Source: an uncultured Clostridia bacterium (lineage in GTDB: Bacteria; Bacillota; Clostridia; Oscillospirales; CAG-272). Taken from it: DNA of 64,000 nucleotides. Below, in pieces: positions 36,640 through 46,046 of this stretch; within the stretch, counting starts at the first letter, position 1, and every line of letters begins with the position of its first letter. Position numbers and translations under genes: made by a program. The DNA is taken from positions 414 through 64,413 of the forward strand of contig CALWTY010000005.1 of assembly GCA_944384585.1 (NCBI GenBank). The letters are read 5' to 3'. Under the pieces are notes generated by a model. It saw only the letters and a program-made list of their open reading frames with translations, did no database searches and was not told where the DNA came from.

Positions 36640-37254
36640 TTATTCCTTCAGCGCCGCCGTGACCGCCTTGGCGATCGCGCCGCCTGCAATGAAATTCACG
36701 ACTGCCTCCACGACTCCGTTGATTCCCACGAATCCGACAAGGAACGCCCATACGGTATCGGTGGCAATGCTCCATTCATTCATCTTGCCGACGAAATCGG
36801 GATTTTGCCAGAAACAAACCACGATAAACAGCATGAAGAACAGGGTATTCAGCACCGCCGCCGAAAGGGATGCGGCAAAATAGGAGGCGATCCGCGTTTT
36901 GTCGATCCGATTAAGCGCCTTGAAGATCAGCCCCGCCAGCCATCCGCAGAGCACACGGGGGATAAGGCAGGTGAGCAGGGTCAGCGTGGGATCAAGTCCG
37001 AAGAGAAACGTCCCCAAGGCCGACATGCCGAAGCACTGAAGAAAGCTCGTGATCCCGAACACCGCGCCGAGGATCGCCCCGCCGCTCGGTCCGCAGACCA
37101 CCGCGCCGATCGCCACCGGCAGCACCATGAAGGTGATCTCGATGATCCCCACCTTCAGATAGCCGAGCGGCGTGAAGGCCAACACAAGCATGATCGCGGT
37201 CAGTATGGCCAGCTGTGCCATCTTTTTCGTTTTGTTTTTGACGTTTGTATTCAT
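36640..37254 (-). CDS. ECF transporter S component (possibly pantothenate-specific, given coaX linkage)
   Basis: About 204-aa six-TM protein (LAILTAIMLVLAFTPLGYL...). SD gaaggag. Immediately downstream of coaX. Confidence 0.78.
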   Translation of the reverse strand: MNTNVKNKTKKMAQLAILTAIMLVLAFTPLGYLKVGIIEITFMVLPVAIGAVVCGPSGGAILGAVFGITSFLQCFGMSALGTFLFGLDPTLTLLTCLIPRVLCGWLAGLIFKALNRIDKTRIASYFAASLSAAVLNTLFFMLFIVVCFWQNPDFVGKMNEWSIATDTVWAFLVGFVGINGVVEAVVNFIAGGAIAKAVTAALKE

Positions 37255-37334
37255 AAAAACTCCTTCTGCTGTCGCCCCTCCCGGGAGGGTGCAACGCAAT
37301 TCAATATATCATGAACCGCCGCTTTCGCCGCGGG

Positions 37335-38108
37335 TCATTTCCTGTTTTTGCGGTAGATCAGCCAAAGCCCCTTCAGCACCAGATCCGGCTCATGCCGCGC
37401 CTCGAAGGAGCAGAGCGGCAGGACGGTTTCGGCAAGGCCTCCCGTCAGGATGACGCCCGCCTGCTCCATCCCCGCCTGACGGCGGATGCGGTTCACGAAG
37501 CCGTCGATCATGAAGGCGTGTCCGTAGAGTGCCCCCGAGGCGATCGAATCCCTCGTATTCTTCCCGATCGGATGCTTCGGCAAATCGAGGGACACGTCGG
37601 GCAGCTCCGCCGCCGCCGACGCCAGCGCGTCAAGCGAAATCCAAAGCCCCGGCGCGATGACGACTCCCTCCAGCACACTCTCTCCGCTCAGAACGGTAAA
37701 GGTGGTGGCCGTCCCGACGTCGACGACGATCAGGGGGCAGGGGAGCAGGGAGGAGGCGGCGACGGCGTTGGCGGCGATATCGGCACCGAGCTGGGTCTGC
37801 ACGTCGATGCGGATATTCAGTCCCGTCCGAAGCCCCGGTCCCACCTCAAGGGAGGACAGCCCCGTCAGCTTCTTCACGGCGCCCTTCACCGCTGCGGTAA
37901 GGGAGGGGACGACGGAGGAAAGGATGCTCCCGCGGAGGCAGTCGGGGGAGAAACCGCCGACCGACAGCACGCCCTTGATGATCGCCGCATACTCGTCCGC
38001 CGTTCTGGAGACGACCGACGCGATCTTGCTCTTCATCAAAAGCGTTCCGTTCCCGTCGAAGACGCCGAGATCGATGTTGGTATTTCCGATATCCGCCGCA
38101 AACAGCAT
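37335..38108 (-). CDS. coaX: type III pantothenate kinase
   Basis: MLFAADIGNTNIDLGVF N-terminus and 257 aa length. The tracked ORF (to 38516) overruns the promoter. Confidence 0.9.
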   Translation of the reverse strand: MLFAADIGNTNIDLGVFDGNGTLLMKSKIASVVSRTADEYAAIIKGVLSVGGFSPDCLRGSILSSVVPSLTAAVKGAVKKLTGLSSLEVGPGLRTGLNIRIDVQTQLGADIAANAVAASSLLPCPLIVVDVGTATTFTVLSGESVLEGVVIAPGLWISLDALASAAAELPDVSLDLPKHPIGKNTRDSIASGALYGHAFMIDGFVNRIRRQAGMEQAGVILTGGLAETVLPLCSFEARHEPDLVLKGLWLIYRKNRK

Positions 38109-38171
38109 GGCGCTTCTCCTTCCGCTGTCCGACCGCTCCCGACGACGCGGAATACGGCCTGTATCCTTCTT

Positions 38172-38200
38172 ATTATACCTCATTCCCGTCCCGATGTCAA
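38172..38200 (-). promoter_or_regulatory. consensus sigma-A promoter of coaX
   Basis: Exact TTGACA, 17-nt spacer, TATAAT on the minus strand. Confidence 0.8.
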
Positions 38201-38277
38201 GATTCGGCCGTGGATTCGGGGGAGAACGACGGGGGAAGCAAGGATCAAAAATCGGCGGGATTTCGAAGGTTTTTTTA

Positions 38278-38306
38278 TTGACATTCGATAAAAAGTATGG
38301 TATAAT
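38278..38306 (+). promoter_or_regulatory. consensus sigma-A promoter of the 493-aa SBP gene
   Basis: Exact TTGACA, 17-nt spacer, TATAAT. Confidence 0.8.
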
Positions 38307-38313
38307 GGGGCAA

Positions 38314-38327
38314 GCAAAACGTTTTGC
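38314..38327. promoter_or_regulatory. perfect 14-bp palindrome GCAAAACGTTTTGC (LacI-type operator candidate)
   Basis: Exact inverted repeat starting 8 nt downstream of the -10. Confidence 0.55.
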
Positions 38328-38357
38328 CGACCTGTTGCTTGGACAGGAGGCAGACGA

Positions 38358-38381
38358 ATGAATCAAACAAGGAGTCTCTGA
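38358..38381 (+). other. 7-codon upstream mini-ORF (MNQTRSL) overlapping the SBP gene SD
   Basis: ATG 8 nt after SD ggagg. Its codons contain the aaggag SD of the main gene. TGA ends 1 nt before ATG 38383. Confidence 0.3.
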
Positions 38382-38382
38382 C

Positions 38383-39864
38383 ATGAAAATCCGCAGATTA
38401 CTCGCTCTCCTGCTTGCCGCCGGCTTCCCGCTTTCCGCATTCCTTGCCTGCCGCAAGGACGCCGCCCCCGCCGAAAGCAGCGACACGACGCCCTCTGCCT
38501 CCACCTCCGCCGACACCGAGCCGGAAAAGCTCTTTGCCGCGCTGCCGGAGGGCTACTCCCTCGAGGGACAGACCGTCACGATCATGTGCTATACCGAGCC
38601 GGGCAATGCTTCGGAATCCTACGTTTCGCAGGTCGGCAGCATGGATTCCTCCGACCAGGTGGAGTATGCCACCTATCTCCGCAATACCGCCGTCGAAGAG
38701 CGTCTTGCGTGTCAAATCGAATTCCTCGATTCCGACATCAACGTTTCAAAAACCTCCGCCGCCATCACCGCCGACATTCTCTCAGAGGATCATGCCTACG
38801 ACGTGATCTCCGGCATTCAATGGGCGACGGCGGGGCTGGTTCTTGAGAATATGTTCTATAATGTCGCGGAAGCGCCCCACCTCTCCCTCGACCGGGAATG
38901 GTGGAATTCCGCCTTTATGGCGAAAACCACCGCGAATCCCGAAAGAATGTACTGTCTGGTCGGGGACATCAGCCTCGATCTGCTCCGCTGCACCTCCGTC
39001 ATGTACTACAACAAAACGCTGATGGCCGACCTCGGTCAAAACGAGGAGCAGCTCCTTGACACCGTCTTTGAAGGGGGCTGGACGCTGGACGAATCGCTCA
39101 AGTACATCAAAAACAGCTATGCCGATCTCAACAAAAACAATGAGGCCGACAACGAAGACCGCTTCGGCCTGTCCCTTGCGCTGGGGCCGAATGTCGATTC
39201 CTATTTCTTCAACGCAGGCTTCCGTCTGACCGAGCAGACCTCCGACGGGATCGAATTCACCCTGGAAACCGAGCGCAACTACGACATCGCAAGCAAAATC
39301 TTCAGCTACATCAACGATACCATCGACGTATGCTTCGACAAGGAATACGCCGTCCCGATCGCCAACTTCTCGGAGGGTCGCTCCCTCTTCCTGTCGGGAT
39401 TCTTCTACACGGGAGAATATCTCCGCGACACCACCGACAATTACGGTGTGCTTCCTCATCCCAAGTATCATGAATCCCAGAGCGATTACCTCTCCCTCGT
39501 CCACGACATCGTCCCCTTTTACTATATTCCGATCAACACCGTCACCCTTGACCCTGCCTGCGCAGTGCTGGAATGCCTGGCGGAATACGGCGGCAGGCAT
39601 GTGACCCCCATCTATTACGAGTCGGCGCTGAAGCTGAAATACATCAATGATTCCGACGACGTTTCCTCCCGGATCATCGACATGGTTCACGACGCCTCCG
39701 TCACCGACATCTCCTTCATCTACCCCACCTCCTTCGGGGAGGCCTGCTACATGATGCGCTATTACGTCGGAGACGGCGTGAACAACTTCGGGGAGCGCGC
39801 CGCCGCCTTCCGCGACAAGGCCGCCGTCGGAATCGAAGCGCTGGAAGCGGCCTTTCATAACTGA
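38383..39864 (+). CDS. extracellular solute-binding lipoprotein, orphan
   Basis: Signal and lipobox MKIRRLLALLLAAGFPLSAFLAC. SBP-like body. No transporter genes nearby. Confidence 0.78.
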   Translation: MKIRRLLALLLAAGFPLSAFLACRKDAAPAESSDTTPSASTSADTEPEKLFAALPEGYSLEGQTVTIMCYTEPGNASESYVSQVGSMDSSDQVEYATYLRNTAVEERLACQIEFLDSDINVSKTSAAITADILSEDHAYDVISGIQWATAGLVLENMFYNVAEAPHLSLDREWWNSAFMAKTTANPERMYCLVGDISLDLLRCTSVMYYNKTLMADLGQNEEQLLDTVFEGGWTLDESLKYIKNSYADLNKNNEADNEDRFGLSLALGPNVDSYFFNAGFRLTEQTSDGIEFTLETERNYDIASKIFSYINDTIDVCFDKEYAVPIANFSEGRSLFLSGFFYTGEYLRDTTDNYGVLPHPKYHESQSDYLSLVHDIVPFYYIPINTVTLDPACAVLECLAEYGGRHVTPIYYESALKLKYINDSDDVSSRIIDMVHDASVTDISFIYPTSFGEACYMMRYYVGDGVNNFGERAAAFRDKAAVGIEALEAAFHN

Positions 39865-40022
39865 CGGTCGCTCCGACCGCCCCTCTCACAGCCTCCCCTC
39901 CCGTCCGGGAAGCGGGTCCGTCAGGCCGGACCGCCCCTCGGGAGGGGATTTTTACCTCAAAAACAACGTCCGATGAAACTCATCGTATCCAAAAACTGCC
40001 GCTCCTGTAGCGATTTTTCCGT

Positions 40023-40061
40023 AAAAAACAACGTCCGATGAAACCAACGTTTCATCGGACG
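40023..40061 (-). terminator. rho-independent terminator of rpsU
   Basis: 13-bp stem cgtccgatgaaac / gtttcatcggacg with a 4-nt loop, followed on the minus strand by ttgtttttt. Confidence 0.85.
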
Positions 40062-40070
40062 CAGTTATGA

Positions 40071-40247
40071 TCACTTATACTTGCGCTTTCTTGCTGCCTC
40101 AGACTTTTTCTTGCGCTTTACACTGGGCTTTTCGTAGCATTCTCTTTTGCGAAGTTCAGCCAGAACACCGGATCTTGCGCATTGTCTCTTGAATCTGCGG
40201 AGCGCGCTGTCAAGAGATTCATTTTCTTTCACTCTTACTTCTGCCAT
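40071..40247 (-). CDS. rpsU: 30S ribosomal protein S21
   Basis: Hand translation gives [58 protein letters not shown] (58 aa, below the track cutoff). SD gggaggg upstream. Confidence 0.93.
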   Translation of the reverse strand: MAEVRVKENESLDSALRRFKRQCARSGVLAELRKRECYEKPSVKRKKKSEAARKRKYK

Positions 40248-40302
40248 GTTTATCCCTCCCTTCGCGCGTAAGCAAAGAGAATTTTTTCAAATTCCTTTTT
40301 CT

Positions 40303-40331
40303 ATTATACAACGATATCGACCGAATGTCAA
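40303..40331 (-). promoter_or_regulatory. consensus sigma-A promoter of rpsU
   Basis: Exact TTGACA, 17-nt spacer, TATAAT on the minus strand. Confidence 0.8.
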
Positions 40332-40392
40332 GAACAAATTTCGTTTCACGGGAAAAACCTGCCGAAAAGCCGCCGTTTGCTCCCCGAAGGGC

Positions 40393-42795
40393 TTATTTCA
40401 CGACGAAATTCACCAGTTTCCCCGGCACGAAGATCTCCTTGATGAGCTGTTTCCCCTCCAGCTGCGGCGCAATCCGTTCCGAAGCCTTTGCGGCTGCCAG
40501 GACAGCGTCGCGGTCGGCGTCGGCGGGAACGGTAATCGTACCGCGGAGCTTTCCGAGGATCTGGACGGCGTACTCCACCGAGGCATCCACCGTCTTGCTC
40601 TCCTCCCATTCCGGCCATGCGGCAACCGACGCAAAGCCCCGGTTGCCGAGGGACTCCCAGATCTCCTCGCAGAGATGCGGCGCGAAGGGAGAAAGCAGCC
40701 TGATAAAGATCTCAAGCTCGTCCCTTGTCAGGCTTCCGCAGTCGTAGATCTCGTTGATGAGCGACATGAGGCAGGCGATGGCGGTATTGAACTTCATCGC
40801 CTCGATGTCGAGGGAAACCTTCTTGATCGTCTTATGGAAGGAGGTCTCCAGCTGCGGCGTCACGCCTCTGCCCCGCACCAGCTCGGTCAGCGCGGCGGTT
40901 CTGTCGATGAACCGCTTGCAGCCCTTCACGCTGTTCTCGTTCCAGGGAGCAGCGGAGGCATAGTCCCCCATGAACAGGGTATAGATCCGCAGCACATCGG
41001 CGCCGTATTCATCGACCACATCGTTCGGATCGACGACGTTGCCCTTCGATTTCGACATCTTCTCGCCGTCCGGCCCGAGGATCAGTCCCTGCGCGGTGCG
41101 CTTGGCATAAGGCTCCTTGACCGGGACCTCCCCGATATCGTACAGGAAACGATGCCAGAAGCGGGAATAGATCATATGGCGGGTGACATGCTCCATGCCG
41201 CCGTTGTACCAATCGACCGGCAGCCAATAGCGAAGCGCCTCCTCGGAGGCAAAGGCACGGTCGTTATGCGGGTCGGTATAGCGGAGGAAGTACCACGACG
41301 AGCCAGCCCACTGGGGCATGGTATCGGTCTCCCGCTTCGCCGCACCGCCGCACTTCGGACAGCTGCAGTTGACAAAGGAATCGATCTTGGCAAGGGGGCT
41401 TTCCCCGCCTTCTCCCGGTGCGAAGTTTTCCACGACGGGCAGGCGGAGCGGAAGCTCCTCGTAGGGCACGCCCACCATGCCGCAGCGAGGGCAATGCACG
41501 ATCGGGATCGGCTCGCCCCAGTAGCGCTGGCGGTTAAACGCCCAATCCTTCATCTTGTATTGAACGCCCTTCTCCCCGATGCCCTTTTCGGTCAGATAGC
41601 GGAGCATCGCGGCAATGGCCTCCTTTTTGGTAGAGATGCCGTCAAGGAAGCCGGAGTTGATCATCTCCCCGTCACCCGTATAGGCCTCCTTCCCGATATC
41701 CCCGCCCTTGATGACCTCGATGATCTCGATCCCGAACTTACAGGCGAAGTCGTAGTCCCGCTCGTCATGCGCCGGGACTGCCATGATTGCGCCGGTGCCG
41801 TAGCCCATCATGACATAATCGGAGATATAGATCGGGATCAGCCGTCCGCTTGCGGGGTTGACCGCCTCAAGCCCTTCGATCCGCACGCCGGTCTTGTCCT
41901 TGACCAGCTGCGTTCTCTCAAACTCGGTCTTCTTGGCGCACTCCTCCTTATAGGCGTCGAGCGCCGCGATATTGGTGATCCTGCTGCGATATTTCTCCAG
42001 AATGGGATGCTCCGGCGCGATGACCATGAAGGTCGCGCCGAACATCGTATCGCAGCGGGTGGTATAGATGCGGAGACTCTCCTCCGTCCCGTGGATCGGG
42101 AAATTCACAAACGCTCCCTCGGAGCGGCCGATCCAGTTCTCCTGCTGCAGTCTGACGTTCGGGAGGTAATCCACCTCCTCCAGCCCCTCAAGGAGCTTAT
42201 CCGCGTACTCGGTGATGCGGAGATACCAGACATCCTTCGACTTCTGGACGATATCGCTGTGGCAGATATCGCATTTCCCGCCCTGCGAATCCTCGTTGGA
42301 AAGCACCACCTTGCAGCTCGGACAGTAGTTGACCAGCGTCTTGGCGCGGAAGACCAGCCCCGCGTCAAACATCTTCCGGAAGATCCACTGCGTCCATTTA
42401 TAATAGTCCTCCTCGGTGGTATCGACCACCCTCGACCAGTCGAAGGAAAAGCCGACCCGCTTGAGCTGGGAGGTAAAGCGCGCGATATTGTCGTCGGTCA
42501 CCTTTCTCGGATGGATGCCGGTTTTGATCGCATAGTTTTCGGTGGGCAGCCCGAAGGCGTCGAATCCGATCGGAAAAAGCACGTTGAAGCCCTGCATTCT
42601 GCGCTTCCTTGCGATCACCTCCAGACCGGAGTATGCCTTGATATGGCCGACGTGCATTCCCGCGCCGCTGGGATACGGAAACTCCACCAGCGCATAGAAC
42701 TTGGGCAGCGAGCTGTCCTCCCTTGCGCGGAAGAGCTGCGCCTGCTCCCATCTGTCCTGCCATTTCCGATCCGCCGATTTAAAATCATATTTCAT
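40393..42795 (-). CDS. leuS: leucine--tRNA ligase
   Basis: HVGH (HIGH) and KMSKSKGN motifs. About 800 aa. Start at MKYDFK after SD ggagg. Confidence 0.96.
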   Translation of the reverse strand: MKYDFKSADRKWQDRWEQAQLFRAREDSSLPKFYALVEFPYPSGAGMHVGHIKAYSGLEVIARKRRMQGFNVLFPIGFDAFGLPTENYAIKTGIHPRKVTDDNIARFTSQLKRVGFSFDWSRVVDTTEEDYYKWTQWIFRKMFDAGLVFRAKTLVNYCPSCKVVLSNEDSQGGKCDICHSDIVQKSKDVWYLRITEYADKLLEGLEEVDYLPNVRLQQENWIGRSEGAFVNFPIHGTEESLRIYTTRCDTMFGATFMVIAPEHPILEKYRSRITNIAALDAYKEECAKKTEFERTQLVKDKTGVRIEGLEAVNPASGRLIPIYISDYVMMGYGTGAIMAVPAHDERDYDFACKFGIEIIEVIKGGDIGKEAYTGDGEMINSGFLDGISTKKEAIAAMLRYLTEKGIGEKGVQYKMKDWAFNRQRYWGEPIPIVHCPRCGMVGVPYEELPLRLPVVENFAPGEGGESPLAKIDSFVNCSCPKCGGAAKRETDTMPQWAGSSWYFLRYTDPHNDRAFASEEALRYWLPVDWYNGGMEHVTRHMIYSRFWHRFLYDIGEVPVKEPYAKRTAQGLILGPDGEKMSKSKGNVVDPNDVVDEYGADVLRIYTLFMGDYASAAPWNENSVKGCKRFIDRTAALTELVRGRGVTPQLETSFHKTIKKVSLDIEAMKFNTAIACLMSLINEIYDCGSLTRDELEIFIRLLSPFAPHLCEEIWESLGNRGFASVAAWPEWEESKTVDASVEYAVQILGKLRGTITVPADADRDAVLAAAKASERIAPQLEGKQLIKEIFVPGKLVNFVVK

Positions 42796-42826
42796 CTTTC
42801 TGTCCTCCATTCTTGTGATGTTACGA

Positions 42827-43201
42827 TCAGTCCTCCGTGAGGAGCGTCGAGATATCGACCTCCTCCGATTCATACCATAGCTTTTCGAGATTGTAGAACC
42901 GCCGCGTCTCGGCGTTGAAGATATGCACCACCACGCTGCCGTAATCCATCAGCACCCAGGTGGCGCTCTCGTAGCCCTCGGTATGCAGCGGCATCACGCC
43001 CGCCAGGCCCAGCTCATACTCCAGCCGGTCGGCCAGTCCCCGCGTCTGCGTGCCGGAGTTTCCGGAGCAGATGACAAAGTAGTCGGACAGAGTCGTCTTC
43101 TTTCCGGTATGAAGCAGCTTGATCCCGCCGGCCTTATGGCGGTCCAGGATCGTCACGATCCTCTCGGCAAGCTCCTTCGGAGAATCCTTTATTTCTGCCA
43201 T
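42827..43201 (-). CDS. rsfS: ribosome silencing factor RsfS
   Basis: DYFVICSGNS..W.L.DYG.VVVHIF motif series. Start at MAEIKD. Confidence 0.9.
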   Translation of the reverse strand: MAEIKDSPKELAERIVTILDRHKAGGIKLLHTGKKTTLSDYFVICSGNSGTQTRGLADRLEYELGLAGVMPLHTEGYESATWVLMDYGSVVVHIFNAETRRFYNLEKLWYESEEVDISTLLTED

Positions 43202-43260
43202 ATCGTTTTCCTTTCCGATCATGATACTACTAAATTCGGCTGCCGCCGTCAGGCGGCGCC

Positions 43261-43866
43261 TCACAGTCGCCCGGCAAGCAGCTCGTTCCGGGCGGACACG
43301 GTGTCGGGGTGGATCGGGCGCCTCTGCCGGAGAAGATCCCCGATCGTCATGTCAAAGGAGAGGATCAGGGTATCGTCCAGCACCGGGAGGAGGTCCTCCT
43401 CCCCGCTCCGCGCGTAAAAGCATTCCCTGAGCTTCACGCAGTCCTCAAACCGGCGGGTCGGCTCGATATAATCGGCCAGATACAGCAGCTTCTCAAGCAG
43501 CGTCATGCCCGCCCGTCCCGTCGTATGCCAGCGGATGGCGCCGAAAACCGCGTCGTCGGTCAGCGACGGATACCGCTCCCGCGCCAGCTCGGCACCTGTC
43601 ACCGCGTGCAGCGTCTTCTCGCTCCGCAGGGTATCCTCCCCGACGGTCATGCCCCGCGTCGACAGAAATAAGAGCTGTTCCTCCGTTGTCAGGCGCTTGG
43701 TGATATCATGGAGCAGTGCCGCCGTCGCCAGCCGCTCGGTATCGGTCTCCGACAGCCGGAACAGCCCCGCCAGACGCAGGCATTCCTCCTCCGTCCCCAG
43801 CACATGGGGCATCCGCTTGTCCCCCACAAGGGGTACGATTTCCTTTCGCAGCCCGGCTCGGTTCAT
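43261..43866 (-). CDS. yqeK: HD-domain protein YqeK (bis(5'-nucleosyl)-tetraphosphatase family)
   Basis: HVLGT..LLHDITK HD motif. Conserved nadD-yqeK-rsfS order. Confidence 0.85.
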   Translation of the reverse strand: MNRAGLRKEIVPLVGDKRMPHVLGTEEECLRLAGLFRLSETDTERLATAALLHDITKRLTTEEQLLFLSTRGMTVGEDTLRSEKTLHAVTGAELARERYPSLTDDAVFGAIRWHTTGRAGMTLLEKLLYLADYIEPTRRFEDCVKLRECFYARSGEEDLLPVLDDTLILSFDMTIGDLLRQRRPIHPDTVSARNELLAGRL

Positions 43867-44528
43867 AGGGCTTCCCCTTTCGCATCATCCGCCTGATCCG
43901 CCGTCACGGCGGTGACACCGTAGAGGCGGTTTGCGGCAATATACTCGCAGACCGGGTCCGGCACAAGCCCGCGGATGCTCTGTGAGCGGAGCAGGCGCTG
44001 TCGGATCTCGCTTGAGCTGATCGCCAGCGGCTCGGTCGGTATTTCCTTGATCTCGGCATGATATTCCCGGCGGTAGCGCTCCTTGGCGGCGGCAATCCGT
44101 TCGTCAAGAGCGGGATCGCCCGCCTCCCTTCGGATCAGCGCCACGGTACATCGGGAAAAGATCTCCTCCGGCCGCCGCCACACGGGAAGCGACAGAAACA
44201 TATCGGTCCCGCACAGAAAGAGCAGCTCGGTATCGGGGGAAGCAAAGTGCCGCAGCGTCAGATAGGTATAGCTCCTCCCGCCCTGCCGGATCTCATAATC
44301 CGAGACGGTGATCCGCCGCCGCTCCTCCCGGAAGGCGAGTCTCGCCATCGTCAGCCTGGCCTCCGGAGTATCACCGGGGGCAGCCTCCTTATGGGGGGGA
44401 AGGAAGGTCGGCATGATCAGCAGCGAATCGAGGGACATCGCGTCGTAAAAGCGGCGGGCGGCGTTGACGTGGCCGTTATGGATCGGGGCAAAGGTCCCGC
44501 CGTATATGCCGAGCTTACAGTTTCCCAT
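43863..44528 (-). CDS. nadD: nicotinate-nucleotide adenylyltransferase
   Basis: GGTFAPIHNGH signature, and ISSSEIR near the C-terminus. Confidence 0.92.
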   Translation of the reverse strand: MGNCKLGIYGGTFAPIHNGHVNAARRFYDAMSLDSLLIMPTFLPPHKEAAPGDTPEARLTMARLAFREERRRITVSDYEIRQGGRSYTYLTLRHFASPDTELLFLCGTDMFLSLPVWRRPEEIFSRCTVALIRREAGDPALDERIAAAKERYRREYHAEIKEIPTEPLAISSSEIRQRLLRSQSIRGLVPDPVCEYIAANRLYGVTAVTADQADDAKGEAL

Positions 44529-45132
44529 CCCGCATCAGCTCCGCCAGCCGTCCGGCAAACAGCCGCATCGCCTTCCCCCGATGGCTGACGGCGTTCTTTT
44601 CCTCCACGGTCAGTTCGGCGTAGGTCTTATTCAGCTCCGGCAGGAAAAAGAGCGGATCATATCCGAAGCCGTCGCAGCCCCGCTCCTCCCGTAAGATCAC
44701 GCCGGGGCATTCCCCCCGCACAGTAAAGCTCAGCGTAGGCTCTGCGGGGCAGACAAAGGAAATGACGGAGACGAACCTTGCGCCCCTCCGCTCATCGGGA
44801 ACATCCACCAGCTCCCGCAGGAGTTTTCGGTTGTTGGCGGCGTCATCGCAGGGCTCACCCGCAAAGCGCGCCGAATACACGCCCGGCCTTCCGCCGAGGG
44901 CATCGACCTCCAGCCCGGAATCGTCGGCCAATCCGAAAAAGCCGGAGGCGGCGGGAACGCCCGCCTTGATATCGGCGTTTTCCTCGAAGGTGCTGCCCGT
45001 CTCCTCGATCTCTCCCGTGAAGCCGATTTCGTCAAGCGACAGAATCTTCACCCCCGAAAGGCCGCAGTCCGCCAGCACCGCCGCAATCTCTGAGATCTTA
45101 TGCTTGTTTCTTGATGCAAGTACCAGCTCCAT
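44515..45132 (-). CDS. rdgB: non-canonical purine NTP pyrophosphatase (RdgB/HAM1)
   Basis: SRNKHKISE, TFEENA and FGYDPLF motifs. Confidence 0.9.
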   Translation of the reverse strand: MELVLASRNKHKISEIAAVLADCGLSGVKILSLDEIGFTGEIEETGSTFEENADIKAGVPAASGFFGLADDSGLEVDALGGRPGVYSARFAGEPCDDAANNRKLLRELVDVPDERRGARFVSVISFVCPAEPTLSFTVRGECPGVILREERGCDGFGYDPLFFLPELNKTYAELTVEEKNAVSHRGKAMRLFAGRLAELMRDGKL

Positions 45133-45140
45133 ATCACACC

Positions 45141-46046
45141 TTATCCGAACAGCGCCGAGACAAACTCCGGCGCACTGAAATACTGCAGATCGTCGACCTG
45201 CTCCCCGACGCAGATGAATTTGACGGGGATTCCCAGCTCCTCGCGGATTGAGAAGACGATCCCGCCCTTGGCGGTGCCGTCCAGCTTGGTCAGCACCAGC
45301 CCGGTCAGCGGCGCCGCGGTCTTGAACTCCTTGGCCTGGCTGACGGCGTTCTGCCCCGTCGTGGCGTCCAGCACCAGCAGCGTTTCGCGGGAACAGCCCG
45401 GAAGCTCCCGGTCGATGACGCGGTTGATCTTGGCCAGCTCCTCCATCAGGTTTTTCTTATTGTGAAGCCGTCCTGCCGTATCGATGATCAGCACGTCGGA
45501 GCGCCGCTTTTTGGCGGCGCTGACGGCGTCAAAGACAACGGCGGCGGGATCGGCGCCCTCTCCCTGTGCGATGACCTCAACACCGACCCGATCCGCCCAG
45601 ATGCGGAGCTGATCGATGGCGGCGGCACGGAAGGTATCGGCGGCAGCCAGCAGCACCTCCTTGCCCTCCTCCCGAAGCAGGCGGGCGATCTTGGCGATCG
45701 AGGTGGTCTTGCCGACCCCGTTGACGCCGATGACGAGGATCACCGAGAGCGGCGTATCGAGACGGAGCGGCTCTCCCTCTCCGATCATCCCGATCAGGAT
45801 CTGCTGCAGCGCCTCCTTTGCGTCGGCGGGCTCGGTGATCCGTTCGGCTCTGATCCTGTCCCGGAGGCTGTCGATGATCCGCTCGGTCGGTCCTACGCCG
45901 ACATCGGCGGTGATCAGCACCTCCTCCAGCTCCTCCAGCATTTCCTCGTTCACTCCGGAAAAGCCCTTGAAGAGCTGATCCAGCTTCCCGAACAGGGCGT
46001 TCTTGGTCTTGGACAGCCCTGCCTTCAGTTTATCAAAAAACCCCAT
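45141..46046 (-). CDS. ftsY: signal recognition particle receptor FtsY
   Basis: GVNGVGKTTSIAK, DTAGRLHNK and TKLDGTAKGG SRP-GTPase motifs. Confidence 0.95.
   Translation of the reverse strand: MGFFDKLKAGLSKTKNALFGKLDQLFKGFSGVNEEMLEELEEVLITADVGVGPTERIIDSLRDRIRAERITEPADAKEALQQILIGMIGEGEPLRLDTPLSVILVIGVNGVGKTTSIAKIARLLREEGKEVLLAAADTFRAAAIDQLRIWADRVGVEVIAQGEGADPAAVVFDAVSAAKKRRSDVLIIDTAGRLHNKKNLMEELAKINRVIDRELPGCSRETLLVLDATTGQNAVSQAKEFKTAAPLTGLVLTKLDGTAKGGIVFSIREELGIPVKFICVGEQVDDLQYFSAPEFVSALFG

Noticed and set aside
39959-39982. Extra copy of the left arm of the rpsU terminator (aaaacaacgtccgatgaaac)
   Set aside because: It is a half-site only, with no complementary arm. Most likely a small duplication scar.
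42796-42826. T-box leader upstream of leuS
   Set aside because: Only 31 nt separate rsfS and leuS. That is far too short for a T-box, so leuS appears to be co-transcribed.
40147-42840. 897-aa plus-strand ORF
   Set aside because: Antisense to rpsU and leuS. The minus strand carries unambiguous LeuS motifs (HVGH, KMSKS).
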